Shown here: positions 61,659 through 64,000 of the stretch, piece after piece
How positions within the stretch are numbered: position 1 is the stretch's first letter
How the letters are laid out: every line of letters begins with the position of its first letter
Origin: Octopus sinensis
Taxonomy: Eukaryota
NCBI RefSeq assembly: GCF_006345805.1
Contig: NC_043021.1
Location: 2,418,001 to 2,482,000, forward strand
Reading direction: 5' to 3'
Length of the DNA stretch: 64,000 bases
The notes under the pieces: generated by a model
Database searches by the model: none
Seen by the model: the letters and a program-made list of their open reading frames with translations, nothing else
Told to the model about the DNA's origin: nothing
Position numbers and translations under genes: made by a program

Positions 61659-63393
61659 CACAGACATGACAGAAGTAAATAGACACCCATAAAACATTGT
61701 TTTACATTTATTTTAACTTGAAAAGGTTTATATTTTCTCAGACTGTCTAAAAGGCCCCTTCAATCATCAGACAATATGCTGTGCTTGAGAAAACCTGTTG
61801 AGTCAAGTGAAATCATAGTCAAGGCCAATGCCAGTGCCGCCTGACTGGCTCCCATGCCAGTGGCACGTAAAAAGCACTATTTGGGTGTGGTTGATGCCAA
61901 TGCCACCTGAATGGCCCCCATACCAGTGACACGTAAAAAGTACCATTTGAGTGTGGTTGATGCCCCCATGCCAGTGGCATGTAAAAAGTACCCACTAAAC
62001 TCTCAGAGTGGTTGGTATTAGGAAGGGCATCCAGCTGTAGAAACATTGCCAGATCAGACTGGAGCCTGGTGCAGCCTCCTGGCTTCCCAGTCCTCAGTCA
62101 AACTGTCCAACCCATGCCAGCTTGGAAAGCAGATGTTAAACAATTTTTTTTTTTTATCTAGTTTCAGCTCACGAGCTGTGGCCATGCTGGGGCACCGCCA
62201 TTTGATGATGATTTTTGTGTTTCAGGTTCTACATGTGACTGTTTAATCATATTTCTTTAATTCTTAATATATGTCACTGTTCAATCATGCCACATACAAA
62301 AGAAGCCTCGGAAGAGTCCAACTTTCAGAGAGGCCATATTGTAGGTGGACTTAGCATAAAATTGCGTAAAATGAGGATCCTGCTTTCTACAGTGAATAGG
62401 GTGATTGTACAATTCACTAGAGGGGGAAGGAGTCCACATCACCTTGCCCAACTTGACCAGGGCCCTCTGACAGGAGCCTTTGCTTTGTTAAGTGAAGTGT
62501 GGAGGATAATCCTCATTGCAAGGCCTCTGACATAGCAGAACAGGTTGATGTCAGTTCCAGAACAGCTGACAGGTGTCTCCACAGACTTGGTCACTATGGC
62601 AGAGTAGCAAGAAGGAAGCCACTTCTACGAACAGCCAACATCAAGCAAAGAAAAGATTGGGCCAATAAGATGGTGGAGAGGCTAGTGGCATTTTGGAACA
62701 CTTATATTCTTTGATGAGTCCAGATTTGCTGTATTTCCTCACAGTGGTCGAGTGTGGATCTGGAGACTCTGGGATCAAGAATTTGATGTGAAAAGAATGC
62801 AGCCAACAATGAAACATGGCAGCTATTCTATGATGGTCTGGGGGAGCAATTTAGAACAATGGTTGATTAGAACTGGTGGAGTGTGAGGGAAACATAAACT
62901 CAAGAAAATATGTGTTCCTATTGCAGAAAGGATTTCTTCCAGTCTTCTCCAGTGGTGAAATGATTAAAGAAGACTTTTTATTTATGGAAGATGGGGCTCC
63001 TTGTCACATGGCTAAAATGACCAAAGATTTGTTGGATAAGAGTGGTATTAAAAAGCTTCCATGGTCAAGCCAGTCACCAGATATGAACCCTATTGAACAC
63101 CTCTGGGATATAATGGACAGGACACTTCATAAAAAGAACAAGAAAGCATCTTCAAAACCAGATCTTTTGAGATTACTGCATGAAACTTGGCAAGAAATTC
63201 CACAAGAGAATATTCGTCATCTGATCAGTAACATGCCTAATAGGGTCCTTGCATTGAAAAATGCAAAGGGCATGTCTACTAAATATTAAATATTTACATT
63301 ATAACAATTGATAAATAATCTGAACGTATAATTTCCGATTTAAAGAAATTTTAATGATTATAAGGGTACCTATTTACTTCTGTCATCTTTGTG
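61659..63393 (+). mobile_element. Tc1-like DD34E DNA transposon, frameshifted, with nested RTE 3' end
   Basis: TA flanks; TIR CACA(G/A)A(C/G)ATGACAGAAGTAAATAG; FDESRF, EDGAPCH, SPDMNPIEHLW with 34 residues between D and E; transposase split over four frames at 62287-63289. Confidence 0.88.
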
Positions 63394-63924
63394 TATATAT
63401 ACGACGGGCTTCTTTCAGTTTCCACCAACAAAATCCACTCACAGGGTTTTAGTCAGCTCGAGGCTACAGTAGAAGACACTTGCCCGAGGTGCCACGCAGT
63501 GGAACCGAACCCGGAACCATGTGGTTGGGAAGCAAACTTCTTACCACACAATATATCATCATCATCACCATCTTTTAACATCCACTTTCCATGCTGGTAT
63601 GGGTTGGACAGTTTGAACAGGGGCCAACAAGGCAGACGACTGCACCAGGTTTCACTGTCTGTTTTGGCATGGTTCTTACAACTACACACACACACACACA
63701 CACACATACACACAACTGCATACTCTTTCTCTCTCTTTTACTCTTTTACTTGTTTCAGTCATTTGACTGCAGCCATGCTGGAGCACCGCCTTTAGTCAAG
63801 CAAATCGACCCCGGGACTTATTCTTTGTAAGCTCAGTACTTATTCTATCGGTCTCTTTTGCCGAACCACTAAGTGACGGGGACGTAAACACACCAGCATC
63901 GGCTGTCAAGCAATGCTAGGGGGA

Positions 63925-63966
<42 letters not shown>

Positions 63967-64000
63967 CATATATACGGCAGGCTTCTTTCAGTTTCCGTCT

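Overview
AT-rich, repeat-dense eukaryotic genomic DNA. The SINE/RTE/microsatellite repertoire points to a cephalopod, probably Octopus; this is inferred from recognition, not from a database hit. One complete protein-coding gene could be reconstructed by hand: CHTF18/CTF18 (alternative RFC clamp-loader large subunit) on the minus strand. It has 24 GT-AG coding exons from 55952 to 12762, every junction is phase-compatible, and the 2802 nt of coding sequence give about 933 aa, with Walker A GAPGLGKT and Walker B LIIDEIDG. An E2F-like site lies about 330 bp upstream of the ATG. The rest is mostly mobile DNA: three tRNA-headed SINE families, a young 5'-truncated RTE LINE with a PHD-like finger in its RT region plus many copies of its 3' end, CR1-type relics, non-autonomous Helitrons, TTAA-flanked piggyBac-like MITEs and a decayed Tc1 (DD34E). 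The least expected signal is about 11 hammerhead-ribozyme-like motifs in two structural families. They sit in short elements embedded in (TA)n tracts and in both arms of a 1.4-kb palindrome. Also notable are tandem arrays of 20, 63, 95 and about 270 bp, all derived from the same RTE 3' UTR. Nearly all ORFs in the supplied track are microsatellite or repeat artefacts. Repeat boundaries are approximate; exon boundaries were counted by hand.
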